Shown: positions 47,682 through 57,029, numbered from the stretch's first letter. The stretch is 64,000 nucleotides of DNA from Candidatus Aminicenantaceae bacterium (GCA_041862375.1 JBGVTE010000141.1:6465-70464), one strand, 5' to 3'. Program-made: numbers and translations. Notes: generated by a model not told the origin, from the sequence alone.

Positions 47682-48629
47682 ATGAATAAATATAAGAATA
47701 AACCTTTATCTCCCAAGAATTTGAGAACTTACTCTCTTAGCTTAAGAAAGAGCAAGGTGGATATCAAAGACTTTGCTAATCCACTAGGCCGTGAAAAATC
47801 TATTGTTCATTTCATAGAGAGCCTTCCTGACATTTTAGCAGCTAAGGATTTTAAGCAATTCCTTTTGTTAATGAAGAGAGCGAGAGATAGGAAGAAGTCT
47901 ATTATTTTTGGGCTAGGAGCACACGTTATCAAAGTAGGGTTGAATCCTGTGTTAATCGATCTGATGAAAGAAGGCTGGATAACAGCCCTGGCTCTCAACG
48001 GCGCTTTTATAATTCACGATTTTGAGGTTGCCTTTAACGGTAAAACTTCTGAAGATGTAGACAGTCAGCTGAGAGAGGGGGAATTTGGCATGGCTCAAGA
48101 AACAGGAGAGATGCTTAACAAGGCTATAAATGCAGGAGCAGAGGAAGGGCTTGGCTTGGGAGAGGCTGTGGGAAGAATGTTAGCTGCTTCTGATTTTCCC
48201 TATAAAAATGTAAGTCTTTTAGCCACCTCCTATGAACTCTCAATACCTGTCACAGTACATGTTGCTCTTGGTACAGATACTATCCACTTCCATCCTACAA
48301 CTAAGGGAGAAGCATTGGGGAAAACCTCCCTTAAGGATTTTTTTCTTTTTTGTTCTCTGCTAGAAAACTTTTCAGATGGAGGAATTTTCGTTAATATTGG
48401 TTCTGCTGTTATTTTGCCTGAGGTTTTTCTTAAAGCTTTAACTTTTGTCAGGAATAAAGGCATACATGTTAAAGATTTTACAACTGCTGTTTTTGATTTT
48501 ATCCGCCACTATCGTCCTTACCAGAATGTTGTTAAAAGACCTGTGGCTGAGGGGGGGAAGGGCTTCTATTTTATTGGGCACCACGAGATAATGATTCCTC
48601 TTCTTGCTGCTGCCTTGTTTCCAGAATAA
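47682..48629 (+). CDS. deoxyhypusine-synthase-like family protein (tentative)
   Basis: 'FGLGAHVIKVGLNPVLIDLMKEGWITALALNGAFIIHDFEVAFNG' resembles the archaeal DHS core as I remember it. Not verified. Confidence 0.4.
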   Translation: MNKYKNKPLSPKNLRTYSLSLRKSKVDIKDFANPLGREKSIVHFIESLPDILAAKDFKQFLLLMKRARDRKKSIIFGLGAHVIKVGLNPVLIDLMKEGWITALALNGAFIIHDFEVAFNGKTSEDVDSQLREGEFGMAQETGEMLNKAINAGAEEGLGLGEAVGRMLAASDFPYKNVSLLATSYELSIPVTVHVALGTDTIHFHPTTKGEALGKTSLKDFFLFCSLLENFSDGGIFVNIGSAVILPEVFLKALTFVRNKGIHVKDFTTAVFDFIRHYRPYQNVVKRPVAEGGKGFYFIGHHEIMIPLLAAALFPE

Positions 48630-48656
48630 AAAGATTCTTTTGCCCTTGATTTATTT

Positions 48657-49307
48657 TTATGCTTTTCTTTTAGTTTCTTTCATGCATGTAATCCCACATT
48701 TTAATTCATAGTCCGACATCAGAATTCTGAACACACGTCCTGTTTGTTCAATCGTGCTTTGAATAGAGCCTGAGGTATCAATAGTATAGTCTGCGTAATT
48801 TAATTTTTCTCTTGATGACATCTGTGCGCTCATTTTTTTTAAAGCTTCACTTCGACTGATATTATCCCTTTCTCTTAACCTCTTTATCTGGATTTCTTCA
48901 TTGCAAAAGACTACGACAATTTTATCAAAAAATGTAGTAAAGCCAGATTCTATGGTTAAAGCAGCTTCAGAAATAAAGATTTTATAACGGCCCTCTTTTT
49001 TAAGTTTTTCAATGGTTTTCTTTTTCTCTTGAAGTACAAGGGGATGAATGATCTTGTTAAGAAACTTTCTATCTTTTTCTCTTTTAAAAACAATGGTGCC
49101 TAGTTTCGCTCGGTTTATTGTTTTGTCAGGATTAAGGATTTCTCTACTGAAGTGATTGACAATTTTTTTCCAAGCTGGGTTTTCAGGCTCCATTAGCTGA
49201 TGAGCAATTTTATCCGCATGATGAATATAGCAGCCTAAATTTTCTAGAGTCTTTGCCACTACAGATTTTCCTGTTGCAATTCCTCCTGTTAAAGCTACTG
49301 TTAACAT
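48657..49307 (-). CDS. coaE: dephospho-CoA kinase
   Basis: P-loop 'ALTGGIATGKS', then 'IHPLV'. Confidence 0.88.
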   Translation of the reverse strand: MLTVALTGGIATGKSVVAKTLENLGCYIHHADKIAHQLMEPENPAWKKIVNHFSREILNPDKTINRAKLGTIVFKREKDRKFLNKIIHPLVLQEKKKTIEKLKKEGRYKIFISEAALTIESGFTTFFDKIVVVFCNEEIQIKRLRERDNISRSEALKKMSAQMSSREKLNYADYTIDTSGSIQSTIEQTGRVFRILMSDYELKCGITCMKETKRKA

Positions 49308-49399
49308 TAGGTTATTATTAGAATGATATAAGACATTTTAACGGAAATAAAGAGAATAGTGGGGAAAGAGGGTGAAATATTGACAGTTAAAATTTCAAA

Positions 49400-49843
49400 C
49401 TAACTTTTCAATTTTAATTTATCTTCTTGAATAATTTTAAATTTTTTTGAAAAACGGATTGCCACACCCTGTTTTTTCCCTCTTTCAGGTGTTCCTATTT
49501 TTCCAGTAGAAACATCTTCGAGCCTGACAGTTATCCCCCCGAGACAGAGTTTAAATTTTTTCCCCTCAGTAAGTTCTACAGGAAGATCTATCACTAAATT
49601 TACTTTTGAGCCAACAAGTAGTCCTGAGTCGAGACAAAAATATGCTCCCTTAGAACTGATATTCTTCAAAGTTGTGGATTCTTTAAATTTTTTCCCCTGG
49701 GGAAGTGTTCCTTCTACTATAGCAGAAAGAGGAAGGTCTAACCGCCACTCTTTACGGCGATTTACTTTTGCTTCAAAAGTGGCAAGACCTTTTACTAGAT
49801 CATTTTTAAGAGAAGTTTTTTTAGGTTTGGGTGTTTTTGACAT
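49400..49843 (-). CDS. PilZ domain protein; start trimmed to MSKTPKP
   Basis: 'NRRKEWR' (RxxxR) and 'NISSKGA' (D/NxSxxG). GAGGT Shine-Dalgarno precedes ATG 49843. Confidence 0.65.
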   Translation of the reverse strand: MSKTPKPKKTSLKNDLVKGLATFEAKVNRRKEWRLDLPLSAIVEGTLPQGKKFKESTTLKNISSKGAYFCLDSGLLVGSKVNLVIDLPVELTEGKKFKLCLGGITVRLEDVSTGKIGTPERGKKQGVAIRFSKKFKIIQEDKLKLKS

Positions 49844-49871
49844 GGTTACCTCTAATTTATTATTAATGGAG

Positions 49872-50561
49872 TTAGAATAAGGCAGAGTTAATGGCATACA
49901 GTGCAAGTTGGAGACGGCTATGAGTATCGAGCTTGGCATAAATACTTTTTATATGAGACCTTACAGTATTTTTGCTTATAAAGAGAGATTGAGCTATCTC
50001 ATCATTACTTCTGCCTTGGCCTATCAGCCTTAGTACTTGAAATTCAGTTGGAGTAAGTTGATCCAGAGTTTTCTCTTTTAAGTCCCTTCCGACTACTGAT
50101 ATGATGCGGTCCATGATGCTGCTCATTTTATCCCGTGGAAGCCATATCTCTCCCTTTTCTATACTCCGGATTGCCTCAAGCAGCTGATCAGCAGGGTCAT
50201 TCAAATCAAAGTAGCCTCTTGCTCCTGCATTCATGAGGCTGACAATTTCCTCATGGGAAGGAATATTTCCTAATAGCAGTAGCTGAAGTTTTGTTTGGAC
50301 CTTCGCAATTTCTCTTATTGCTTTACAGATTTCTCTAATATTAGGCAAAGGTTCGGTGTATGCAAAAAGGACAATATTAGGCTTTAGTTTTTTTATGGAT
50401 TCCATGAATGAATCAATAGTTCCTTTTTCGATGCCAACAATTTTTATATCAGAAGCAATATCTAAAGCCTTAGTTATGCCGGAGAGGATCAAGTCTGAAG
50501 GACAGAAAATTAAAGTATCAATAATTTTTTTCATTTCGGGCTGGGATTTTTCTTTTCTCAT
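49872..50561 (-). CDS. LuxR/NarL-family regulator with a degenerate (pseudo-)receiver domain
   Basis: HTH 'LTPTEFQVLRLIGQGRSNDEIAQSLFISKNTVRSHIKSIYAKL'. The receiver-like N-terminus lacks the acidic pocket and the phospho-Asp ('LIFCPSD', 'NIVLFAYTEP'). Confidence 0.8.
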   Translation of the reverse strand: MRKEKSQPEMKKIIDTLIFCPSDLILSGITKALDIASDIKIVGIEKGTIDSFMESIKKLKPNIVLFAYTEPLPNIREICKAIREIAKVQTKLQLLLLGNIPSHEEIVSLMNAGARGYFDLNDPADQLLEAIRSIEKGEIWLPRDKMSSIMDRIISVVGRDLKEKTLDQLTPTEFQVLRLIGQGRSNDEIAQSLFISKNTVRSHIKSIYAKLDTHSRLQLALYAINSALF

Positions 50562-50933
50562 AATATTAACTCACTTAATATTCCTCAAATGTATTAAAAT
50601 TAATCTTACTTACCCTTTTTGTTTTCGCGGATAATGTTATAAAAACAAATGTTTATTGTCAAGGGAATAAGGATATTAAATTCTGGAGATTCTTTTAATT
50701 ATGAAGTTTGATTAGCCTGGATTATTCAAGAGTCGAAATTGGGGACTGTTCTATTTTTCTGGTAATTTTTTATTCAATTCAGCAACCATTACTTCAATTA
50801 ATTATATCTTTTTTTCTGGGAGTGTAAATATAAAAATAGGACCCTCTCCAATTTTAGTCACAAATTTTGTCTAGAGAAGCAGATATCATTGAAAATAAAC
50901 AGAGATCTCGTCAGTTTTTATGAATAATTCAGA

Positions 50934-51320
50934 TTAATTAGTTTTGGGAGATGAAGGATGGATTTTGTATTTTTTATCTAATCGAACAGATATCTGCTGC
51001 TTTTTATTGTTGTTTGCTGCTACTTTGACAAAAATTACTGCACCTGTGAGGGCAAGTTTAAGTCTATTTTCTAGAATAAGAGTTTTAGGGATATCAAGGC
51101 ATAGGTCTATTTTCGAGCCTATCGTCACTCCAGAATTAAGCTCGAAAGTAGCTTGAAATGAGCTTATGGAGGATAGTATGGTTTGTTCCTGAAAAGAATT
51201 TCCCTTGGCATCGACTCCTGAGACGACGATAGGTACAGGCAGTTCGAAACTTCGCTCTTGCTTTCCTCTTTTAATAGTCACCTTATTCAGAGGAAGTTGG
51301 ATAAATTTTTGTGTACTCAT
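50934..51320 (-). CDS. PilZ-like paralog with degenerate motifs
   Basis: Colinear with the 49400-49843 protein: 'KRGKQERSFELPVPIVVSG' against 'NRRKEWRLDLPLSAIVEG', and 'KIDLCLDIP' against 'KVNLVIDLP'. The second motif reads 'SISSFQA'. Confidence 0.5.
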   Translation of the reverse strand: MSTQKFIQLPLNKVTIKRGKQERSFELPVPIVVSGVDAKGNSFQEQTILSSISSFQATFELNSGVTIGSKIDLCLDIPKTLILENRLKLALTGAVIFVKVAANNNKKQQISVRLDKKYKIHPSSPKTN

Positions 51321-51344
51321 TGGAGTAAATGATTTTTACAAAGG

Positions 51345-51390
51345 TATTCTAACTGGTCAATCGCCTTTATGGATGAATCATAGGGTGAAT
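51345..51390. repeat. copy 1 of a duplicated ~46-nt intergenic element
   Basis: TATTCTAACTGGTCAATCGCCTTTATGGATGAATCATAGGGTGAAT; compare copy 2. Confidence 0.8.
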
Positions 51391-51530
51391 ATTTATTAAA
51401 TGTGTTCATCGGTAAAGGTGATATTTTTAGCTGAGGGTCTGCTTTCATTCTTTTGTCTTTGATTTTGGATTAAACACGGTGATTTTTTTCAATTATTTTT
51501 CATGTTAAATAGGGAGCTATAATGACCTAA

Positions 51531-51577
51531 TATTCTATACTGGTCAATCGCCTTTTCGGATGAATATAGGGGTGAAT
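51531..51577. repeat. copy 2 of the duplicated intergenic element
   Basis: TATTCTATACTGGTCAATCGCCTTTTCGGATGAATATAGGGGTGAAT. About 42 of 48 aligned columns are identical to copy 1, which lies 186 nt away. Confidence 0.8.
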
Positions 51578-51700
51578 TTTTCTTTAATTCGCATCACCTC
51601 TGATTTTATTCGTGCTGATCTAGATGGGGAATTTGAGATAAGGAATGTAGCTTTATATTTTGAATTTAACTCATTAAAAATTAAGTAGTTAGCAACATTC

Positions 51701-51729
51701 TTGACAAAAAATGAGCTGGCAGATAGAAT
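51701..51729 (+). promoter_or_regulatory. candidate proS promoter TTGACA-17-TAGAAT
   Basis: Hexamers read directly from the sequence. They lie about 30 nt upstream of GTG 51760, which is preceded by GGAGA. Confidence 0.5.
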
Positions 51730-51759
51730 TACTTCAGAATAGAGAAATCGGAGACTGAA

Positions 51760-53214
51760 GTGAATAAGAATGATAGGTTTGTTAAGCAACTGACTCCAAA
51801 GAGTGTAGATTTTTCAAGGTGGTATGTTGAAGTAATCCGCAAAGCGGAGCTGGCTGATTATGCCCCTGTAAAAGGTATGATGGTTATCCGCCCTTATGGC
51901 TATGCTGTGTGGGAGAACATTCAGCGCCTCATGGATGAAAGGATCAAAGCGTCTGGTCACGCAAATGCTTACTTTCCGCTTTTGATTCCTGAGACTTTTT
52001 TACAGAAGGAAGCTGAGCATGTAGAAGGATTTGCACCTGAAGTTGCCTGGGTAACCCAGGGAGGCAAGGAAGATTTAGAAGAAAGGCTAGCTGTCCGACC
52101 TACTTCAGAAGCCATTATTTGCAGTATGTACTCAAAATGGATCAAATCGTGGAGAGATTTGCCCTTATTAATTAACCAGTGGGCAAATATCGTGCGTTGG
52201 GAAAAAGTGACAAGGCCTTTTCTGAGAACAACAGAATTCCTTTGGCAAGAAGGACACACCGCTCATGCTGCTTTTGAGGAAGCTCAGAAAGAAACATTGA
52301 TGATTCTCTCCATGTACAGAGAGTTTGTCGAGAAGGAGTTAGCTATTGCTGCAGTTTCGGGAAAGAAGACTGAAAGAGAGAGGTTTGCAGGAGCATTAGA
52401 AACTTATGCTGTTGAATCTTTAATGTCCGATGGAAAAGCTCTTCAGATGGGTACTTCCCATAATTTGGGGCAGCATTTTTCTAAGGTTTTTAACATAAGA
52501 TTCGAGGACAAGAATCAGAATCTTCGATATGTCTGGCAGACATCTTGGGGATTATCAACCAGGCTTGTTGGTGCTGTAATCATGGCGCATGGTGATGATT
52601 CTGGCCTTATATTTCCCCCAAAGATTGCACCTATTCAAGTTATTATTGTTCCCATCGCTATTGGCAACTGGAAAGAGAATGTCCTTCCTTATGCTAAGAC
52701 TATTGAAGAAAAATTATGTAGTGAAAATGTGAGAACTAAGTTGGATGGCAGAGAAGAATTTACTCCAGGATGGAAGTTTTCTGAGTGGGAGATGAGAGGT
52801 GTTCCTTTACGGATTGAGATTGGCCCGAGAGACATCGAAGCAAAACAAGTACTTGCAGTATGGCGGAATACTGGGAAAAAGGAGACGATTAATTTTAATT
52901 CGGTAAATAAGAGAGTACAAGAAATTCTCAATGAAATTCAGAGTTTTATGTTTAACCAGAATATAGAATTCCAGCAGGAAAATACTCATCAAACTGATAA
53001 CTATGATGATTTCAAAGATATAATTGAATCTAAAAAAGGATTTATCAAGGCCCTATGGTGCGGTAATCAGGACTGCGAGGATAAGATAAAAGAAGAAACA
53101 ATGGCAACTATCCGCGTAATTCCTTTAAGTAAGGAGAAAGAGAAAACTCAGGGAAAATGTATTCGTTGCAAGGAAAAGGCGGATTCGCTTGTGTATTTTG
53201 CTAGAGCTTACTAG
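51760..53214 (+). CDS. proS: proline--tRNA ligase, archaeal/eukaryote-like type (no INS editing domain); GTG start
   Basis: 'FSRWYVEVIRKAELADY', class II motifs, 484 aa. C-terminal Cys-rich domain ending '...FARAY'. Confidence 0.92.
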   Translation: MNKNDRFVKQLTPKSVDFSRWYVEVIRKAELADYAPVKGMMVIRPYGYAVWENIQRLMDERIKASGHANAYFPLLIPETFLQKEAEHVEGFAPEVAWVTQGGKEDLEERLAVRPTSEAIICSMYSKWIKSWRDLPLLINQWANIVRWEKVTRPFLRTTEFLWQEGHTAHAAFEEAQKETLMILSMYREFVEKELAIAAVSGKKTERERFAGALETYAVESLMSDGKALQMGTSHNLGQHFSKVFNIRFEDKNQNLRYVWQTSWGLSTRLVGAVIMAHGDDSGLIFPPKIAPIQVIIVPIAIGNWKENVLPYAKTIEEKLCSENVRTKLDGREEFTPGWKFSEWEMRGVPLRIEIGPRDIEAKQVLAVWRNTGKKETINFNSVNKRVQEILNEIQSFMFNQNIEFQQENTHQTDNYDDFKDIIESKKGFIKALWCGNQDCEDKIKEETMATIRVIPLSKEKEKTQGKCIRCKEKADSLVYFARAY

Positions 53215-53306
53215 TTCATTTATTTCTCCTTGGGTTGTTTTTATGGTAAAAAGGAAATAAGGGTTGGTTTATTTACAGAGGGGAATGGTCGTTACCTTCT
53301 TTTAAT

Positions 53307-53939
53307 ATGAGAATAGATTTTAAGGCAGAAAGAGAAAGAATGGTCTCTGAACAGATCGAAGCTAGGAGTATTAAAAATAAATCTGTTCTTGAGGTTGTGC
53401 GTCATGTTCCGCGGCATCTATTTGTTCCCAAAGATATGCAAGCCTATGCTTATCAGGATGAGCCTCTCCCAATCGGCGAGGGGCAAACAATTTCCCAGCC
53501 TTACATCGTAGCCTACATGACTGAAGTTCTTCAATTAAAAGGGAATGAGAGGATTCTTGAAGTAGGGACAGGTTCCGGGTATCAAGCTGCCATTCTAGCT
53601 AAGCTAGTTAGAGAAGTTTATACCATTGAAATCTTGAGGTCTCTCTCCCTTAAAGCCCAGAAGACATTAAAAAAGTTAGGATACAAGAATATATATTTTG
53701 AAATCGGAAATGGCTCTCTTGGCTGGGAGGAAAATAGCCCTTACGACGCGATTATTGTCACGGCAGCGCCAGCCAAAGTTCCAAAAGAACTGCAAGAACA
53801 GCTTAAGGTTTCAGGAAGGATGATAATCCCTGTTGGGTCAATGTTTCAGGAATTAGTTTTGATTACGAGAACGGCGAAGAAATTCAAGAAAAAAAGGCTG
53901 CTACCGGTTCGTTTTGTTCCTTTAGTTTCAGTCCATTAA
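53307..53939 (+). CDS. pcm: protein-L-isoaspartate O-methyltransferase
   Basis: 'QTISQPYIVAYM' and 'ILEVGTGSGYQAAILA'. Confidence 0.92.
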   Translation: MRIDFKAERERMVSEQIEARSIKNKSVLEVVRHVPRHLFVPKDMQAYAYQDEPLPIGEGQTISQPYIVAYMTEVLQLKGNERILEVGTGSGYQAAILAKLVREVYTIEILRSLSLKAQKTLKKLGYKNIYFEIGNGSLGWEENSPYDAIIVTAAPAKVPKELQEQLKVSGRMIIPVGSMFQELVLITRTAKKFKKKRLLPVRFVPLVSVH

Positions 53940-54011
53940 AATCTGAACAGGAGCGAAGACATTCCAAGAGTCATTCATACAAGGTGAAAAAAGCTTTTTT
54001 TTGGAAACGAA

Positions 54012-54506
54012 ATGATTCCAAGGATGACGAATATGTTTAAAAAGACTTTGCTTTTTGTGATTTCCTTACTCTTACTTTTACTCACTTCTTCTGTTTCTTC
54101 CCCCGGAAAATTTATTAAAATTTTTCTTCCTAATGGAGTAGATCTAACTGCTGAACTCGCCATAACAGATGTGGAACGAGGGCTTGGATTAATGTTTCGG
54201 GACAGAATAAATTGGGATCAGGCAATGCTTTTTGTGTTTGAAGAAGAGTGGTTTCATTCTTTCTGGATGAAAAACGTGAAATTCCCAATAGATATACTTT
54301 GGCTTGATAAAGATAAAAAGATTGTGCACATAGAGACCGATGTTCCTCCCTGTGAAGGGGGGGATTGTCCGTCTTATTCACCTAAGTATCCAGCGTTATT
54401 TGTGTTGGAGTTTAAAAGCGGAAGTGTCCGTAAACACCAGTTGAAACTTTATGACAAGATTGATTTTATTCTCTCGGAGTTGCCCAAAAAGGAAGATAAT
54501 CAATAA
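54012..54506 (+). CDS. DUF192 domain protein with a signal peptide
   Basis: 'ERGLGLMFRD', 'FWMKNVKFPIDILWLD' and 'VLEF'. The start may be ATG 54033. Confidence 0.65.
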   Translation: MIPRMTNMFKKTLLFVISLLLLLLTSSVSSPGKFIKIFLPNGVDLTAELAITDVERGLGLMFRDRINWDQAMLFVFEEEWFHSFWMKNVKFPIDILWLDKDKKIVHIETDVPPCEGGDCPSYSPKYPALFVLEFKSGSVRKHQLKLYDKIDFILSELPKKEDNQ

Positions 54507-54572
54507 TGTATTTTAAATTTGAATGCTATCTTCTTTGAAGAGAGGCTATTTAAGAGATTTGGCTGAGTATTT

Positions 54573-55079
54573 TTATCTTATCTCAAAATCAACAATTTTA
54601 ATTGCTGTTTTGCCCCTTAATTTATCTTTTAAGGTCGCTTTGAATTTGTATTTTCCTGGGGAGAGGCCAGTTAATGTAAGTGTATTTGTAGCATAAAGGT
54701 CCATAATAGGTATTTTTGTAGTGTAGTGAAAGCTTAAAGCATCTTTCTTTTCGAAGAGAAGTTTTCCTTCTTCTGAAAGTAGTGACATATCTTGAGTATA
54801 CCAAATTTCATAGAGCCCGTTTTTTTTGCTTGTAAAAACATTGGCAGGTTCATAATAAATTAAGAGCGTTCCATCTTTCTCGACTACTGGCTCAGGAAGG
54901 GGGACATAAGAGGCGAAAGAGATGATGTTCGAACAGAGTGTGAAATTATTGAAACCAAGTTTATTTTTGTTTTGTATTTCAATAATTTTTACTTTGAGCT
55001 TAAGAATTTCATCCTCTTGGGCGAAGATTCCTGATAAGGTTAAGATAATAACAAACAGAATCGAGAGAATTCTCTTCAT
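54573..55079 (-). CDS. secreted hypothetical protein
   Basis: Signal peptide 'MKRILSILFVIILTLSGIFA'. GGAGGA lies 4 nt upstream of ATG 55079. The track ORF begins 4 codons earlier at a GTG that overlaps this SD. Confidence 0.5.
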   Translation of the reverse strand: MKRILSILFVIILTLSGIFAQEDEILKLKVKIIEIQNKNKLGFNNFTLCSNIISFASYVPLPEPVVEKDGTLLIYYEPANVFTSKKNGLYEIWYTQDMSLLSEEGKLLFEKKDALSFHYTTKIPIMDLYATNTLTLTGLSPGKYKFKATLKDKLRGKTAIKIVDFEIR

Positions 55080-55114
55080 TTTTTCCTCCACAGAAAGAAT
55101 TGACTTTCTAAATT

Positions 55115-57016
55115 ATGAGCTATTATAATTCTAAAAAAAATTATTTCAAGAATTTTCTTTGGAGGATTACTATTCACAATAACTTTTTAAAGTTGGTTCG
55201 CGAAAAAGTCCTCCTTTGCGATGGGGCTATGGGCACTATGCTCTATAACAAAGGAGTCTACATTAATGCTTGTTTTGATGAGCTTAACCTCATAAATTCT
55301 GTGCTCGTGAAAGAAGTCCATCGCAATTACGTTCAGAGTGGAGTTGATATTATAGAGACTAACACATTTGGTGCAAATCGATATAAGTTAAAGAAGTTTG
55401 GGCTTGAAAATAAAGTTGCTGAGATAAACCGCCAGGGTGCTCTTCTCGCCAGAGAAGAAGCAGGATGTGAAATTTTTGTGGCTGGCTCAATCGGGCCTCT
55501 TGGAGTAAAGATTGAGCCTTGGGGACATGTTACTATCCAAGAGGCTGAGGAGGCTTTTGAGGAACAAGCTGAAGCTCTTCTTGATGGAGGAGTGAATCTT
55601 TTTATACTTGAAACCTTTTCTGATGTAAACGAAATTCATCAAGCTATAAAAGCTATTCAAAAAATAAATCGGGAATTAGTTATTGTTGCCCAGATGACTA
55701 TTAATGAAGACGGTGACAGCTTATACGGGACGACTCCAGAAATCTTTACTAAAAAGCTTGAAGAATGGGGAGCTCATATTATTGGCTTAAACTGCAGCGT
55801 AGGACCTGCTGCCATGCTTCAATGCATTGAGAGGATGGCTCGGTTAACATCAATTCCTCTATCAGCTATGCCCAATGCAGGAGTGCCGAGAGAAATTGAG
55901 GGAAGAAATATTTATCTATGTTCTCCCGAATACATGGCTGAATATGCAAAAAGATTTATACTTAACGGAGTAAAAATAATAGGAGGGTGCTGCGGAACTA
56001 CTCCTTCCCACATCAAAGCCATGAGAGCGGCTATTAAAGCTCTACAGCCGCCTAAAAGAACAGTAGTGCGCGTGACACTTCCGAAAGAGGAACCCGAAGT
56101 TAGAGAAAAAGTCAAGAAGAGAGACAAATCTAAAATGGCCCGGAAATTGGAGGATAATGAGTTTGTAGTAAGCGTAGAAGTAGTTCCTCCTAGAGGATTT
56201 GATCCTTCCGCAGCTTTAGAAAAGGTAAGAATACTCGAACATTCTGGTATTGACTGTGTAAATATTCCCGATGGGCCAAGAGCTAGTGCTCGTATGAGCG
56301 CTATGGCACTGGCTCTTATTCTGAGTAGAGAAGCTACAGTGGAAGTAATTCTCCATTATGCTTGTCGGGACAGGAATTTATTAAGTATGCAGTCAGACCT
56401 TTTTGGCTTGTATGCCCATGGGATTAATAATATTCTTGTAATAACTGGAGATCCTCCCAAGCTTGGCGACTATCCTGATGCTACAGCTGTCTTTGATGTT
56501 GATTCCATTGGCTTTACAAATGTAATAGACTCTCTCAATAGAGGCATTGATATAGGGGGAAGGAGGTTAGCTAACGCGACCGGTTTTCATGTAGGGGTGG
56601 CTGCAAATCCAGGAGCCATCAATCTTGACTATGAGATATCTCGCTTTGAATTAAAAGTAGAGTCAGGAGCTGAGTTTGCCATTACCCAGCCTGTTTTTGA
56701 CATTAAACTGCTTGAGAATTTTTTAAAGAGAATTGACCACTGCCGAATACCAGTACTCGCAGGTATTTGGCCTTTGAGTAGCTTGCGGAATGCTGAGTTC
56801 ATGCACAATGAAGTTCCTGGTGCAACTATCCCTCCAGAAGTGATGGAGAGAATACGAAGAGCTCAAGAAAAAGGTCCTAAAAGGGCAAGAGAGGAGGGTG
56901 TTACTATTGCCCAAGAAACGCTGGCTGCTATAAAAAAAGACATCCAGGGAGTCCAGATAAGTCCTCCCTTTGGCAAATACGAGCTGGCTTTAGAAGTCCT
57001 TAGCGTGTTGAGATAA
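55115..57016 (+). CDS. bifunctional homocysteine S-methyltransferase / 5,10-methylenetetrahydrofolate reductase (YitJ-like fusion)
   Basis: Hcy-binding domain 'LLCDGAMGTMLY' and 'GGCCGTTPSHI', followed by an MTHFR domain ('FVVSVEVVPPRG', 'AITQPVFD'). The exact start is uncertain. Confidence 0.85.
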   Translation: MSYYNSKKNYFKNFLWRITIHNNFLKLVREKVLLCDGAMGTMLYNKGVYINACFDELNLINSVLVKEVHRNYVQSGVDIIETNTFGANRYKLKKFGLENKVAEINRQGALLAREEAGCEIFVAGSIGPLGVKIEPWGHVTIQEAEEAFEEQAEALLDGGVNLFILETFSDVNEIHQAIKAIQKINRELVIVAQMTINEDGDSLYGTTPEIFTKKLEEWGAHIIGLNCSVGPAAMLQCIERMARLTSIPLSAMPNAGVPREIEGRNIYLCSPEYMAEYAKRFILNGVKIIGGCCGTTPSHIKAMRAAIKALQPPKRTVVRVTLPKEEPEVREKVKKRDKSKMARKLEDNEFVVSVEVVPPRGFDPSAALEKVRILEHSGIDCVNIPDGPRASARMSAMALALILSREATVEVILHYACRDRNLLSMQSDLFGLYAHGINNILVITGDPPKLGDYPDATAVFDVDSIGFTNVIDSLNRGIDIGGRRLANATGFHVGVAANPGAINLDYEISRFELKVESGAEFAITQPVFDIKLLENFLKRIDHCRIPVLAGIWPLSSLRNAEFMHNEVPGATIPPEVMERIRRAQEKGPKRAREEGVTIAQETLAAIKKDIQGVQISPPFGKYELALEVLSVLR

Positions 57017-57029
57017 AACGAGTTTTACG

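Noticed and set aside
51544-51789. 81-aa minus-strand ORF between the PilZ-like gene and proS
   Set aside because: It spans the proS promoter, SD and start codon as well as repeat copy 2. The translation is Ile/Phe/Ser-rich with no motif. It is probably non-coding.
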